A stretch of DNA of 64,000 bases from Neocallimastix sp. 'constans' (taxonomy: Eukaryota): positions 1,240,001-1,304,000 of the forward strand of contig JBODTK010000013.1 of the NCBI GenBank assembly GCA_050613775.1. Reading direction: 5' to 3'. Position numbers and translations under genes: made by a program. The notes beneath the pieces are model-generated. The model searched no databases and had not been told where the DNA came from. It saw nothing but the letters and a program-made list of their open reading frames with translations. Below are positions 11,201 to 23,803 of the stretch, piece by piece (the stretch's first letter is position 1; the number at the start of each line of letters is the position of its first letter).

Positions 11201-12171
11201 TTTATTGGAATCATATGATTGAAGATATCAAAAGAATTGTTAGTAATTGTGAAAAATGCCAATTAAATCGTCCTCAACCATATCCAGAACCAACTGAAAA
11301 CCATCCAACTAAAGTGGAGGGTCCCTTTGTGCATTTAGGATTAGATATTATAGGACCGTTACCAAAAACAAGAAATAATAATCAATATATTATAGTAACT
11401 GTTGATTACTTTACCAAATGGATTGAAGCCGAACCCACTGAAAACATAACTTCTTCTGATATAATTAAATTTTTAATAAACGTTTTTGCAAGACATGGTG
11501 TACCTCAAGTTATTACTACTGATAATGGAGTCCAATTCACTTCTGATATGACTAAAATCTTTCTTGATCTTTATGATGTATATGTTAAATTTGTAGCTAC
11601 TTACCACCCTGAATCAAATGGTCTTACTGAAAATCGAAACAAAGAAATTGGAAAATTACTTCGTTTATTAGGAAGGAAAAATCAAGATTGGGATGAAGTT
11701 TTACCTTCTGCTTTATGGGCACTTCGAACTACCAAAAATACAGCTACTGGACATTCTAGTTTTGAATTGGTATATGGAAGAGAAGACCAACAGCCTTATG
11801 ATATAGCCATAAGAACAATTGAAAATGCAGGTAAATCATATGATGAAATTTTAATGGAAAAATTTGTTCGTCATTATCAATGGACTAGAGAAGCATGCGA
11901 AAATGTGAAGAATGCTAACAAGTATTGGGCAACAAGACGAGAAGAACAAATAAGTATGAAAAAAGGAAAAGAATTAAAGGCTGGTGATCTTGTTCTTGTT
12001 AGAAACTTTAGCCGCACTAAGCTAGAACCATATTACAATGGACCATTTAAAATTTTAAAAATTCAATTCAACACGGCAACCCTAATCGATCAGAAGACTG
12101 GAAAGCAACTCGATAGGAATGTTCACTTTAAAAATTTAGTAAAGTTTAACTCCGCTTACAGAGAAGCTTGA
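8161..12171 (+). CDS. Pol (protease-RT-RNase H-integrase) of element A, entered by frameshift
   Basis: ORF track 8356-12171: LIDSCS, LCIDYRKVN, FIDD, TDAS, HHCC, DDE core, GPF motif; no chromodomain. Confidence 0.95.
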   Translation, partial: FKLLNGRRSTPNDKTIASLNNLQNNTFTKNTPIDNNSFNEESEESDFSDTTESEDDIIINAIKRKMNDNNSEKEENNSKKVHKSLKDNPRPFATPALRKKKENELHNKPNKVYKNQILPSILTQPNINKEKQKEKELRNMTRVRESKEENNNYSSKGKEKVESEDILVIDNEIEDLEMNKDNQQNKTNTLEKLISTKTKETNNGNTQLVKRNIKMMNNKEPYNIMDDLNNLKSSITIGQLLNACPKIRSQLTQGLKLEKSKIIGTVDNIIARTLLVNNYDHSYISKSNEVAEEDLAMIDASVDGVLGKLLIDSCSNLSIVTKQYFDKLPGEYETVGKSRGRIQLATQDEEYSEGIIVRLPVKINNYEFNADFRIIEKEDSFYDMLINFKTQIDHCLFIHPTLNSLCKLLSESEYEEIAKINNQYYDEESIICTIRKVEETNNEKEIIKELTPMEFIESDEFLSTLNKDYKEQIIKILKEMIDIVATSTEELTPSKLSPHKIRLKANAKPVKLRSYRLTKLKSDILKEELTKLIKKGLIEPSCSEWSSPVVLILKHNGKWRLCIDYRKVNDMTEKDSYSVPYIDEIFDSIGGAKIFTTLDLFSGFHQILMDEESVEVTTFTTKFGNYQFKVMPFGLTGAPSTFQREMNKILFPFIGEFVYVFIDDVLIYSKSIEEHLIHIKQVLEVFKENKLKINIEKCHFLQTEVDVLGHKLTTKGLSPMESKITAIKKWEAPSSMHELRSFLGAVGYYRDFIPKYAQITSPLCKLLKKNTKYEWNKEQQESFELLKEKLINAPILKFPLFDKPFIIRTDASYNGIGGVLLQKEEETGKEHPIHFISRSLKKAEKNYGITDLEGTALFYCMTKFKSYIEGNPLPTTIYTDHKPLVGLFKNKEPLNARQTRWCLTASMLGINIKYESGKKNVLADALSRMKSKEERKILLTKITNGNNEELLSKVIKEFINEKFTVIDGEDYFIDNGNYRKLITDENERFKLILEAHNIGHEGYYKTYQRLKKNFYWNHMIEDIKRIVSNCEKCQLNRPQPYPEPTENHPTKVEGPFVHLGLDIIGPLPKTRNNNQYIIVTVDYFTKWIEAEPTENITSSDIIKFLINVFARHGVPQVITTDNGVQFTSDMTKIFLDLYDVYVKFVATYHPESNGLTENRNKEIGKLLRLLGRKNQDWDEVLPSALWALRTTKNTATGHSSFELVYGREDQQPYDIAIRTIENAGKSYDEILMEKFVRHYQWTREACENVKNANKYWATRREEQISMKKGKELKAGDLVLVRNFSRTKLEPYYNGPFKILKIQFNTATLIDQKTGKQLDRNVHFKNLVKFNSAYREA

Positions 12172-12675
12172 GTCTTCGTCGGGGCATCTTGATAAGAATG
12201 TACTAAATAATGCATTCTTAATTAAATCTACGATTTATTTCTAATACATTATGTGTACATTATTATTTTTGTACTTTAATAAATTTTTAAATCCAAAAAT
12301 CAAAAATTAAATCAAAAATTATATTAAACTTTATATTTTTATATTAAATCTTATATTAATAGTAATATTTTTATATATTTAAAACTTATATTAGCAATAT
12401 TAATAATAAATCTTATTTTTTTATTTTTATATTAATAATGAAAATTTGTATTAATAATATTTTTATATATTGATAATTAAAAATTTATATATTATATTTT
12501 AACTTTTATTATAAAATTTTATATCGAAATGTTTTATTTTATATTGAAAAATATTTTATTTTATTAAAAACCTTTATATTAGAATAGTATTTTTATTTTT
12601 ATTTGAATATTTTAACAGATTGTAATAAAAATTATAGCCAATTAAATAAATTCTTATTAGTAATATTTTAGATAG

Positions 12676-12734
<59 letters not shown>

Positions 12735-14587
12735 GTTTTATTAATATTATAAATGTATTTTATTTATATTGTTATAATTAAATTTTATATAATTGATTAT
12801 AAAAATCAATTTAAATTTAATAGTTTTTATAAAAAAAAAAAAATAAAAATAAAATGTAATTTAGTGGCAAGAACAACTTTTATGCCTTGAAAAAAAAGTA
12901 TAAATAGTTGTAAATTTTGCTACTAATTTTTAAAAATCATCAAGTAAAATTAATAAAATAAATTTATAAATAAAAATAATAAATAAAAAAAAAATAAAAT
13001 TTGTGTTTCTTTACTTTATTTTTATTTAATTCTCTAAAACCTTAACATTTTAAGATTCGTTACACTAAATAACTTAAAATTTAGTAATAAAATATGTTAA
13101 TAATTTTAGTTTAGTTTAATTTTAGTTTAGTTTAATAATCATAAAAATTAAATAGTAAATATATAATTAATAGTATTAATAATAAAAGAATAATAAATAA
13201 ATAATAAATAAGAACTAATTCAATTTGAGTCAAAACAAATTGAATAAAAAAGGCTTTGTAAAAGAAAACATTAAAATAGATTACAATAACAAAATACAAT
13301 AAATTTTATTTTATTAAAAAATTTTTTATTAAAATATATTTTATTAATATTTAATAGTTATTTGTTAAATAACAATTACATCGAGAAAAAATGTGAAAAG
13401 TATCTTCTATTTATACTTTTCCTAAATACATTGATAATATATTATTTTATTTAAATTACATATATTTTAATATAAAACTATCCTAATGAATTTTATTAAA
13501 TAATAAATTTATAAACTATAGCTAAATTTAGAAAAATATAATTATTAATTAAACTAAATGCTAAATAATTAAAATTAAGTACATTTATTATCTATTTATT
13601 ATTTTAATATTATAAGTAAAGTCTTTATTTATTTTCGATTTAAAAACAATGTTAAAGAGTCATGATTAAATTTTGAAACTTAATTTTCACAAAATAAATT
13701 ATTAATTTATTTTGTTTTAAACTTTAATTAATTCATTTAAATTATTTTACAACAATAATTTTCTCAGAATTAAATTTTATAAAAATTATTACATTAAAAA
13801 TTTATCTTGTGGTTTAAAGAATATAATTCAAAAATTTAGTTCATATGATTTATTTACTAATGTGATATTCTTTATGTTGTAGCTGGTTTAATAAGTGTAT
13901 TTGAGTTATTAATAATTTTTATTAATATTTATTTTATAGTTACAATTTTATTTCTACTAAAGAAAAACAAAACAAGAAAAAGAGTTAATATTAATTATAC
14001 TGTAAAGTATTAATAATATATAATTATTATAAATAAATATATATATATATAAACATAATATATATAAATAAATAATATTTTAATATGAATAATATATAAA
14101 TAATATAAACTATTATATTAATTATATATACTTTAATAATTATAAACTTTAATAATTTAAAATAAGAAGTATAATTTAATATTTAAGAAATATATATAAG
14201 GAATATAAATAATATATACAAAATATAAATAATATAAAATATAAATAATAATATAAAATATATAATAATATAAATTATTATAAATAATAAGATATAAATT
14301 TAATATCTGAATATACAAATATTCAAATATACAAATATGTTGCTACACATATTTGTTTTATATCAGAAACTTCCCTGCTAGAATTGAACTTAATTTCGCA
14401 AGAAATTAGTGAAATTAAATTTATAATAATTTAGATTAAAAATTTTTATATTAATTTATATTAAATTTAATAATAAAAAAAATGAAATTTTTGAAAATTT
14501 TTATAATAAAATTTTAATAATAAAAAAAAATTTTTTTTTTTTTTTATATAAAGAAATTAAAGATTTTTGAAATTTCAATTTGAAATT

Positions 14588-17500
14588 TCATTCATTAAAA
14601 GGTAATATATTTTTAATATGGACGTTTCTTTCCAATTTTGTACCGTCCATGGCATCCTGTAATTGAACTGTATTCCAAGATATGTCCTTAATTATATATG
14701 GGCCAAGGAAATACGGTTCAAGTTTAGTTCGTTGGTGATTTCTTATTTTTACTAAATCACCAATTTTAAAATTTTTCTTATTTTCCATACTTTGTTGAGC
14801 TTGTCTTCGAGTTTTCCAATAATGGATTGTTCCAAGCATTTTTTTTGCTGCTTTTTCAACCCATTTAGCATGCTCAACGAACCTTTCCATTAATATTTCG
14901 TCCATAGTTCTACTATTATCTTCCAAAATTGAATTTCTTAAATTTATATCTATAGGTAGTAATTCCTTACGTCCATATAAAAGTTCAAAACTTGAATAAC
15001 CCGTTACAGCAGATTTACTGGTTCTTAAAGCCCATAAAGCCAGCGGTAACAAAATATTCCAATGTTTGTTATCATTCGAGAAATTTCTTAATTGCTTTCC
15101 TATTTCTCTATTTCTGTTTTCCACTAATCCATTTGATTCTGGATGATATGTACTAACAAAGTGAACGTACACATCATATAGATCTAAAAATATTTTAGTA
15201 TAATCAGCAGTAAACTGTACACCATTATCTGTAATAATTAGTTCTGGTATACCATGTCTACTAAAAACTTCTACTAAGAAATTTGTTACGTCCTGTGAAG
15301 TAGTAGTACGAAGTGGTTTAGCTTCTACCCACTTTGTAAAATAATCTACGCAAACAATAATATATTTATTACCTTGTTGTGTTTCTTTTAGGGGTCCAAT
15401 AATATCTAAACCAACTCTAACAAAAGGAGCTTCTACAGGAGTTCCATATTTTTCTGTTGGTTTCGGCAATGGCTCAGAACGATTTAGTTGACATATTTTG
15501 CATAGCGAAATATATTTTTTTACATCTATTATTAAATTTTTCCAGTAATACTTTTCTTTTATTCTTTCGTAAGTTTTCTGAATACCTTCATGACCCACTC
15601 TATGTTCTTTAGTAATAATTTTAATTTTTTCATAGGGATCATCAATAATTTTTCTTAATTTATTATCATCTCTAAAATATAATTTATTATCAATTTTAAC
15701 TATTTTTTCGGTTAAAAATTTATATATAAATTCAGAAATGAATTTTTCGTTCTCCTCCTGGGTGAGAATGAAGCTATCAATAGGTGAATTATTAACAATG
15801 GATGAATCAATGGAACTATTAGAATTGTTAACAGAAGTGAACAGAATATCCCTATTAATAAGAGAATTAGAACTAATACAAACATTAGTAATAGAGAAGT
15901 CTTTACGAACAACTCTAGACAATGCATCAGCAATCAAATTAGCTTTACCAGGGTGATAAACAATATCAACTTGAAGTTTACTAAATTTATCACACCAACG
16001 TTGACGCTTAAGAGTATTCGGATCACAACTTTTAATAATAGAAACTAAAGGTTTGTGATCAGTATATAGAATTGTTTTGAATGGATTACCTAAAATATAA
16101 TGTTCGAATTGGACTAAGCAATAATGAGCAGCAGTGCCTTCAAGTTCAGTTGTAGTATAATTTTTCTCAGATTTTTTTAAACTTCTACTAACAAAATAAA
16201 TAGGGTGTTCAATATTATCATCATAAAGTTGTAAAAGAACACCACCAATACCATAACCACAAGCATCGGAACGAATAATAAATGGAATATCAAATTTAGG
16301 GTAACAGAGGATAGGGGCACTGATTAAACAATTCTTTAATAATTGAAAGCTATTGTTTTGAGAATCAGTCCAAACAAATGGAGTATTCTTCCTTAACAAA
16401 GAACAAAGAGGTGCAGATTTAGCAGAGTAATTGTCAATGAAATTTCTATAATAACCAGTCATGCCTAGAAAAGAACGAAGTTCGGATACATTAGTAGGAG
16501 GTGTCATATTCATAATGGAAAGCGTTTTCTTATCTAGAGGAAGTAAACCATCAGTAGTAACTTTATGACCTAAAGCTTCAATTTCTGTTTGACAGAAATG
16601 ACATTTTTCTATGTTTAATTTTAAATTATATTTTCTTAAAATATTAAAAACTTTGGAAAGATGAATTAGATGATTTTCAAAACTATCGGAATAAATAATA
16701 ATATCATCTAAGTATATTTGAACGCAATCATTAATTAAATCAAAGAAGATTCTATTCATTTCACGCTGGAAGGTAGCAGGCGCGTTAGTTAAACCAAAGG
16801 GCATAACTTTAAAATAGTAATTACCAAATTTTGTTGTAAAAGAAGTCTTTTCCATATCTTCAGCCCACATAGGAATTTGATGGTAACCACTAAAAAAATC
16901 AATAGAAGAAAATATTTTTGCATCTTTCAAAGCATCAAAGATTTCACGAATTTTTGGGAGTGCATAGGCATCTTTAATAGTAATATCATTCAACTTCCTA
17001 AAATCAACACAAAGACGCCATTTACCATTTTTCTTTAAAACTAAAACAGGAGAAGCCCATGGAGAATGAGAAGGTTCAATTAACTTTTTCTCCAATAATT
17101 TACGAAGTTCTTCCTTTAAAGCATTAGATTGAACCTGAGAAATTTTATACGCCTTTTGTTTAATTGGCATAGAGTTTTCTTCTAAAATAATATGATGAGG
17201 AAATAATTTAGAAGGTTCCAAATCATCAGAAGAAATGGCAATAATATCATCAAATTTTTTTAATAATCTACAAAATTTTTTATAATCTTTTTTATTTTTA
17301 AATTTTAATTGATTAATAATAGAATTAATTACATCGTCTTTTTCTTTAGCACTAATATTAGAATTAGGTTCATTAGCATCAACAAATAAAGTAGCCTCAA
17401 CAATATCAATTTTTGGTTCAGGAGAAACACATAATAAAGACTGAGAACGGAAAGTATTTATATCTTCTATATTACTAATAGGTACTAATTTATCGTCCAT

Positions 17501-18000
17501 ATTCATATAAGCAAGAACTTTATGAATTGTGTCAATAAGAATCCTGTTATCAGATTGTGTTTTAAGAGAAATAATCGCATCATAAAAAGGATCGTCTTTA
17601 TCGGAAATTTTAAAATCAGTAATAAATTCAACAGAACCAAGTTTAACGGCTAAGCGAACAATATCATAAACACGACTTATATCATCAACCATCGCTTGTC
17701 TAATTGTACTTTTATCATGGCCAATAATTTGATAATTTTTAACAAATTTATTTAAAAATTTACGTGATATTAAATTTGCATTACTACACGCGTCTATGAA
17801 AATTGAAGCAGGATAGCCATTAATATATCCACGTACAACTGCAACATCATGTTCGTGTACAATATTATTATTATTATTTAAATTATTAGCTATTTTACTA
17901 TTATAATTAATATCACTATAATTTTCATTGTTACTACTATTGGTACTATTATTATCGTTATTATTATAGTTATTATCTATATTAGAATTAGTAGCATTAA
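14588..18000 (-). CDS. Pol of element C, C-terminal part (protease to integrase)
   Basis: 1034-aa ORF with YLDD, RNase H, DDE and GPY; the frame stays open upstream through FIDACS to the insertion at 18001. Confidence 0.92.
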
Positions 18001-18021
18001 TGTAACGAAATCTTCAGTTAG

Positions 18022-18595
18022 TGTAACAGATACATGGTAACTTCAAGCCTATCCAATGATAGTTCTTTGGTTACGTAACGTATCTCTAAACAGCTAGCAA
18101 TTTCGGCTAATCAAATAAAATCTTTTGTTATTTTCGTACATTAAATTTTATTATTTTATAAACAATTATATAGTTAAATATTTATTTAAATATATTTTAT
18201 TTAGTGATTAGTAAACTAAGTTAAATTAAATTATTTACCAATCATAATATTATTGACATGTATAAATAATAATTGAACTTGTAACTGTAACGCACTAGCG
18301 TTACTATTAACGTAAATTGTTATTATAAATATTAATATTAATAAATAAAATTATAATTATTAAATAAAGAATATTACTCAGTGTAAGCCCAGTAACTGTT
18401 AACAAATAGAGTTATAAAGTACTGCGCTATACTCTTGTGTAAAAAGGAAATAATAATTATAGAATTAATTAATTTAGTGTTTATTATTAACAACTCGAAT
18501 AGAGAGGTGTTAAGTTATCTTAGCCTTTAAATTTAGTTATTATTCGTTATTTTAGTTAATAATAAACTTTCCTTTTGGTAGACTCGGGGTTGACA
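18022..18595. mobile_element. LTR-like segment 'D' abutting the truncated end of element B
   Basis: 574 bp TGTAAC...TTGACA; element B pol homology stops exactly at 18596. Confidence 0.65.
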
Positions 18596-21528
18596 CTATT
18601 ATTGCCATCAACAAAGTAGTCCACACCATCAATTGTCGTAAATTTTTCTTCAATAAATTCCTTAATGGTTCTTGAAAGCAGGTTTTCATCTTGTTCCTTG
18701 ATAATTTGTGTTGTTAAGACAACTTTTTCTTTTTCATTTTTCATTTTTGATAAAGCATCTGCGACAACATTATTCTTTCCAGTTTCATATCGTAAATCAA
18801 TTCCTAACATACTGACAGTCAAACACCATCTAGTATGACGAGAATTTTGTGGTTCCTTACTTTTAAGTAATCCGATTAATGGTCTATGATCTGTATATAC
18901 TATAGTTTGCTTAGGATTTCCCATAATATAAGATTTTAATTTATTAATACAGTAAATTAGAGCAGCACCTTCTAGATCCGTAATTCCATAATTCTTTTCC
19001 GATTTAGATAAACTTCTACTAATATAATGAACCGGATGTTCCTTTCCAGTTTCATCATCCTTTTGTAAAAGCACACCGCCTATTCCATCATAGGAAGCAT
19101 CTGTTCTTATAATAAATTCTCTATCAAATCTAGGAAATCTTAATATTGGGGCATTGATTAATCTTTCCTTAAGAATTTTAAAACTTTCTTCTTGTTCCTT
19201 TTTCCATTCAAACTTAACACCTTTTCTTAATAGAGTGCATAGAGGTGCAGTAACTTTTGCAAAGTCCTTAATAAAATTTCTATAATATCCAATGGCTCCT
19301 AAAAATGATCGAAGTTCATGAATGTTAGAGGGAGCCTTCCATTCTTTAATAGCTTTAACTTTGTTTTCCAATGGACTTAAACCTTCTGAGGATACTTTAT
19401 GTCCCAGTACTTCTACTTCAGTTTGCATGAAAGAACATTTTTCAATATTGATTTTTAACTTATGTTCCTTGAATATTTCTAAGACTTGTTTAAGATGTTC
19501 TAGGTGTTCTTCTTCAGTTCTTGAGTAGATTAAAATATCATCGATAAAGTTATAGACACATTTTCCTATTAAGGGAAATAGTATACGGTTCATTTCTCTT
19601 TGGAATGTAGCTGGAGCACCTGTTAAACCGAAGGGCATTACCTTGAATTGGTAGTTTCCGAACTTAGTTGTAAAGGTAGTGATTTCAACACTATCATCAT
19701 CCATTAATATTTGATGATAACCGGAATAAAGATCTAATGTTGAGAAGATTTTTGCTCCATCTAAGCTATCAAAAATTTCCTCAATATTTGGTAAAGAATA
19801 AGAATCCTTCTTAGTTGCTTCATTTACTTTCCTATAGTCAATACACAGGCGCCATTTACCGTTCTTTTTAGGCACAAGTACTACTGGTGATGACCATTCT
19901 GAACATGAAGGTTCAATTAATCGTTTATATATGAGTTTGGTTAATTCTTCTTTTAAGATATCTGTTTTTAATTTACTAAGTCGATAAAATTTTTGTTTAA
20001 TAGGTTTAACTCCTTCCTTAAGAATAATTTTGTGTGGTGATAAATCTGAAGGTGTTAATTCTTCAGAAGAAGTTGCAATTATATCAATATATTCTTCAAG
20101 TAATTTAGTAATAGCTTCTCTATAATTTGAATTAATTGTACTTTGAAAAACTGTGTCATATATATATTTTATGGGTGGTAATCCTTCAATCGTTTTCAAT
20201 TGTTGCTTAGCTTCTTGGTGATTCAATGCTTTGATTACACATAATAATTTTTCTTCGTCATCATATTCATTATTAATAGGTGTAATTTCTTCAATTAAAC
20301 CTTGATCATTAAATCGACAAAGACTATATCTAATTGGATATATAAATAACTGGTTATCAATTTGAGTTTTGAGGTTGATTAATATATCATAGAATGGATC
20401 CTCCTTGTCTATAATTCTACACGTAACAAGTAGTTCTAGTTCATTAATTTTTACGGGAACTTTGATTAACACATCTTCTGAGTAATCATCATTCATCGTT
20501 GCTAAACGTATTCGTCCTGCACTAACTCCTATAGGTTCATACTGATAAGGTAATTTATCTAAAAATTGCTTTGTGATAATACTTAAGTTGCTACATGAAT
20601 CTATTAAAGCCTTACCACGAACTCCATCTACTATTACATCAACCATAGCAATATCATCTTCTTGTGGTTCATGATGTTTACTTTTATATGTATGATCTAT
20701 ATTGTTCGTTATTATTGTAGTAGCACACATATTATCCACTGCACCTGAAATTTTAGTATTATTCTTTTCTAATTTAAGTCCTTGTGATACTTGAGACCGT
20801 ATCTTGGGAGCAACGTCCAATAATTGTCCAAATGTAATATTGCAATTACTGGAGTTTAAATCTTTGATCACGTCATAACTATCACAATCAGTTTGCATTT
20901 GTATTCTTCTTGGAATTCTAGTTGGCATAATTTCAGTTGACTTTTCTGATGATTTTTCTTGAATTAATTTATTTAAAGTTTGTTTAGAATTATTTTCTTC
21001 CTGAGAAGTTTCTTCATTAATAACATTAACATTACTATTATTATTATTATTTTCCACAGAAGTACTAGTACTAGCTCTTTCCTTATCTCTTAGCTCTTTC
21101 TCAATCCTCTTTTCTTTTTCTATTCTAGGTTGAACCATAATCGAAGGATGTAATTGAGTTGTTGGCTTTTTGACTGGTCGCGATGTTCCCCTTAATTGAT
21201 TTTCTTTTTGTTTTCGTAAACCTGGAGTAACTATTGGCTTAGGATCATCTCTTAGACTACGGTGAACCCTCTTTCCTCTTTGGTCACTAGTCTCTTCATC
21301 TTTAGGATTTGCCTTTCTCTTTATAACGTTTACTAAGTAATCCAATTCTTTGGAACCATCCGACTCATCATCAAAATCTTCGTAATAATCCGTAGTAGTA
21401 CCTTCTTGGAAATCAGCAATTTCTTCATAATCATCATCTTCTTTTAAGTCAACTATTTTGGGACGATGGCGGACTGAAGCAATTTTTTTGACGATGGGAG
21501 TGCTTCTACTCCCTTTTAGTGGTTTAAA
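18596..21528 (-). CDS. Pol of element B (protease-RT-RNase H), truncated before integrase
   Basis: 929-aa ORF collinear with element A Pol up to 'GVDYFVDGN'. Confidence 0.9.
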
Positions 21529-22433
21529 TGATTTTCATAAAACTTCTTGCGGTTATTTTCCAATATAGAATTTAATTTAGGACAGTTTCGTTTGGTATGT
21601 CCTTCATTGCTACAAAACCAGCAAGTACTAATTTTCATTTCTTTCATCTTGTTAGTGATATTTTCTATAGATACATTTTTGTGGGTTTTTGGTTTGTTAA
21701 AATCATTTGAAATGTTCATATTAAAATTACTTTTAGAGTTAAGGAGATTGTAATGAGTCTTATCATAATATTCAGTACTATTTTTAATAGATAAACGATC
21801 AACTTTTTCGGCTATAGCGAACGCTTTGGTAATAGAAATATGGTCTTTAAGCATAACCTTTCTCCATGCGTCAGGATTATTGGTTAAGGAATCTGCATAA
21901 TCTAAAACACTAATTTTTCTTCTTCTCTTTTTATCCAATTTATGGTACAAAGATCTATAACGGACATTAAAATCTTTAACTTTCTCGTTCTTCTTTATTT
22001 TCATGGAACGTAATTCTCGTAACAAATTGGTTTGATCTTCTTTAAGTCCATAGAAAGTCTTCAGATGATTTATGATTTCATCAAGGCTTGGGTAGGTGCT
22101 AGTAGATTCACTTTCTTCATCATCTTCTCCTTCACTATCGCTATCGAAATCAGAATCTTCATCTTCAGTAAGGTCATTTCCATCTTCTAGTTCTTGGATA
22201 ATTTCTCTTGGTTCTCCAGAAGCCGTTAATATACAAGCAGTAAAAATAGTTTCAGGATCCTTGATATGTTGGTATTTTATCCATGCCTTTAACTCATTTG
22301 CCCAGGAGTTGATGTCAAGGTTTTGTTTAGTAAGCTTTTCAAAATCTTTTAATTCTTTCTTTAATTCTCTGAAGCTAAGCTTACTTTCTGGAGTACTCTC
22401 TGTTGGAGTACTGGAAGTACTGGATGTTCTCAT
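21516..22433 (-). CDS. Gag of element B
   Basis: 305 aa, CWFCSNEGHTKRNC knuckle, homologous to element A Gag. Confidence 0.9.
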   Translation of the reverse strand: MRTSSTSSTPTESTPESKLSFRELKKELKDFEKLTKQNLDINSWANELKAWIKYQHIKDPETIFTACILTASGEPREIIQELEDGNDLTEDEDSDFDSDSEGEDDEESESTSTYPSLDEIINHLKTFYGLKEDQTNLLRELRSMKIKKNEKVKDFNVRYRSLYHKLDKKRRRKISVLDYADSLTNNPDAWRKVMLKDHISITKAFAIAEKVDRLSIKNSTEYYDKTHYNLLNSKSNFNMNISNDFNKPKTHKNVSIENITNKMKEMKISTCWFCSNEGHTKRNCPKLNSILENNRKKFYENHLNH

Positions 22434-22589
22434 AAAATAAAATTTATTGTATCTATAGAATGCTAAACCTCGTAATGTATAAATTGTTATAAAAAAGTAA
22501 AAATAAAAAAAATTAAAAAAAATAAATCTTTTAACTAATAAAATTATTAATTATTTATTATTATTAATCACTTATTAAATTATAATAAT

Positions 22590-22753
22590 CGTGCAATCTG
22601 ATAGTACACACTGTCTGACGTGCAGCTTACCTCTTGAAAGGTGTCATGCCACGCGTGTGCCACGGTTACTATTTTCAATATAAAAAATAGCAGTCCAGAG
22701 CCTACTAGCCCAATTACTATGTAGGATAAACTTAACCCGGAAATCTATGCACG
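22590..22753 (-). ncRNA. Second copy of structured 'motif 2' (leader of element B)
   Basis: Reverse complement aligns with 6487-6646. Confidence 0.72.
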
Positions 22754-23750
22754 AATATTAGTTTAATTTAATATTAATTAATATTTTTAACAATTAATAA
22801 TAATTAGTTAAAAATATAAAAATTGTTTTCTTTTTTAAAAAAAATATTTGTTTTATTAGAAAAATTATTTATTAATATTATAATTTTATCCCCAATGTAT
22901 TAATTTATTATTATATTCCCCGATATCTCCACCAATTTTTCATGGTATGGTTCATATAATTTTAGGAATATAATAATAATTAACACAAATAATAAAATTA
23001 CAATAATAAAAAAAATAATTTGTTTTAAAATCAATATTTATTTATTTAAATTTAAAAAAAATAATAATATAATTATTTATTTAATAAAAAAAAAGTTATT
23101 GATTATATTTTATTTCACTAAAATTACATGTATTTATATTTTTTTATCAAATTAAAATTTGTAAAGCCTAACTATTTTTTTAATAAACTAATTACTAATT
23201 ATTTTTATAAATAAAACATTTAAATTGAAATTGAATTATTATTTTAGTTAATAATATTATTGTTATAAATAGTAGTTATATATTATTGAATTATTAATTA
23301 TTTAATAATAGTTTAATACTAATATATATAAAATAAAAATAAAGAGATTATACAGAATATTTTATTGTGGTTTAGTTAAATTTAGTAATTAAAAATAAAT
23401 TTAAATTAATAACGAAAATTTTAATAACTAATTAAATAGATTTGATTATTTTCAATATAACATAATACAAAAGAAATATAATATTAATATATTAAGTGGG
23501 CAAGGACAATATTCTTGGCTAAAGATTTTTAATACATTATAATGGAATCGGATCGATAATTCAAAAAGGAATTATAAGTTAATTAGTGATTTATTAACTT
23601 AAGATTTCTATTTAGTAATATTTGAAGAATATTGGAAAGTTCCAATTATATAGAATAGAATAATCTATAAGGTTAGAATAATTTAAATTATTCTAGCACA
23701 ATTAGTATTATTTGTTCATTCTTTATTAACAGTTAGTAAAATTAGAATTT

Positions 23751-23803
23751 TGGTTCAATGGTTAGTTACATTGACTATGACCAATACTTCATGGGTTTGA
23801 CTC
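23751..23803 (+). promoter_or_regulatory. tRNA-like A box/B box in the solo LTR
   Basis: TGGTTCAATGG (23751-23761) and GGTTTGACTC (23794-23803), 32 nt apart. Confidence 0.65.

Larger units (their letters stand above)
4274..13047 (+). mobile_element. Full-length, apparently intact Ty3/Gypsy LTR retrotransposon ('element A')
   Basis: Near-identical LTRs 4274-5794 (interrupted by a solo LTR) and 12190-13047, TG...CA. PBS at 5801, open gag and pol, T-run target site. Confidence 0.95.
18596..23731 (-). mobile_element. Ty3/Gypsy 'element B' (relative of A), 3'-truncated: no integrase or 3' LTR
   Basis: 5' LTR ~23731-22943, PBS 22934-22917, gag, slippery TTTAAAC 21528-21522, pol up to FVDGNN. Confidence 0.88.

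Noticed and set aside
18375..18440. Twister-sister-like motif (GTGTAAGCCC...GCGCTA) in LTR D
   Set aside because: Only fragments of the consensus; the required flanking helices could not be built.
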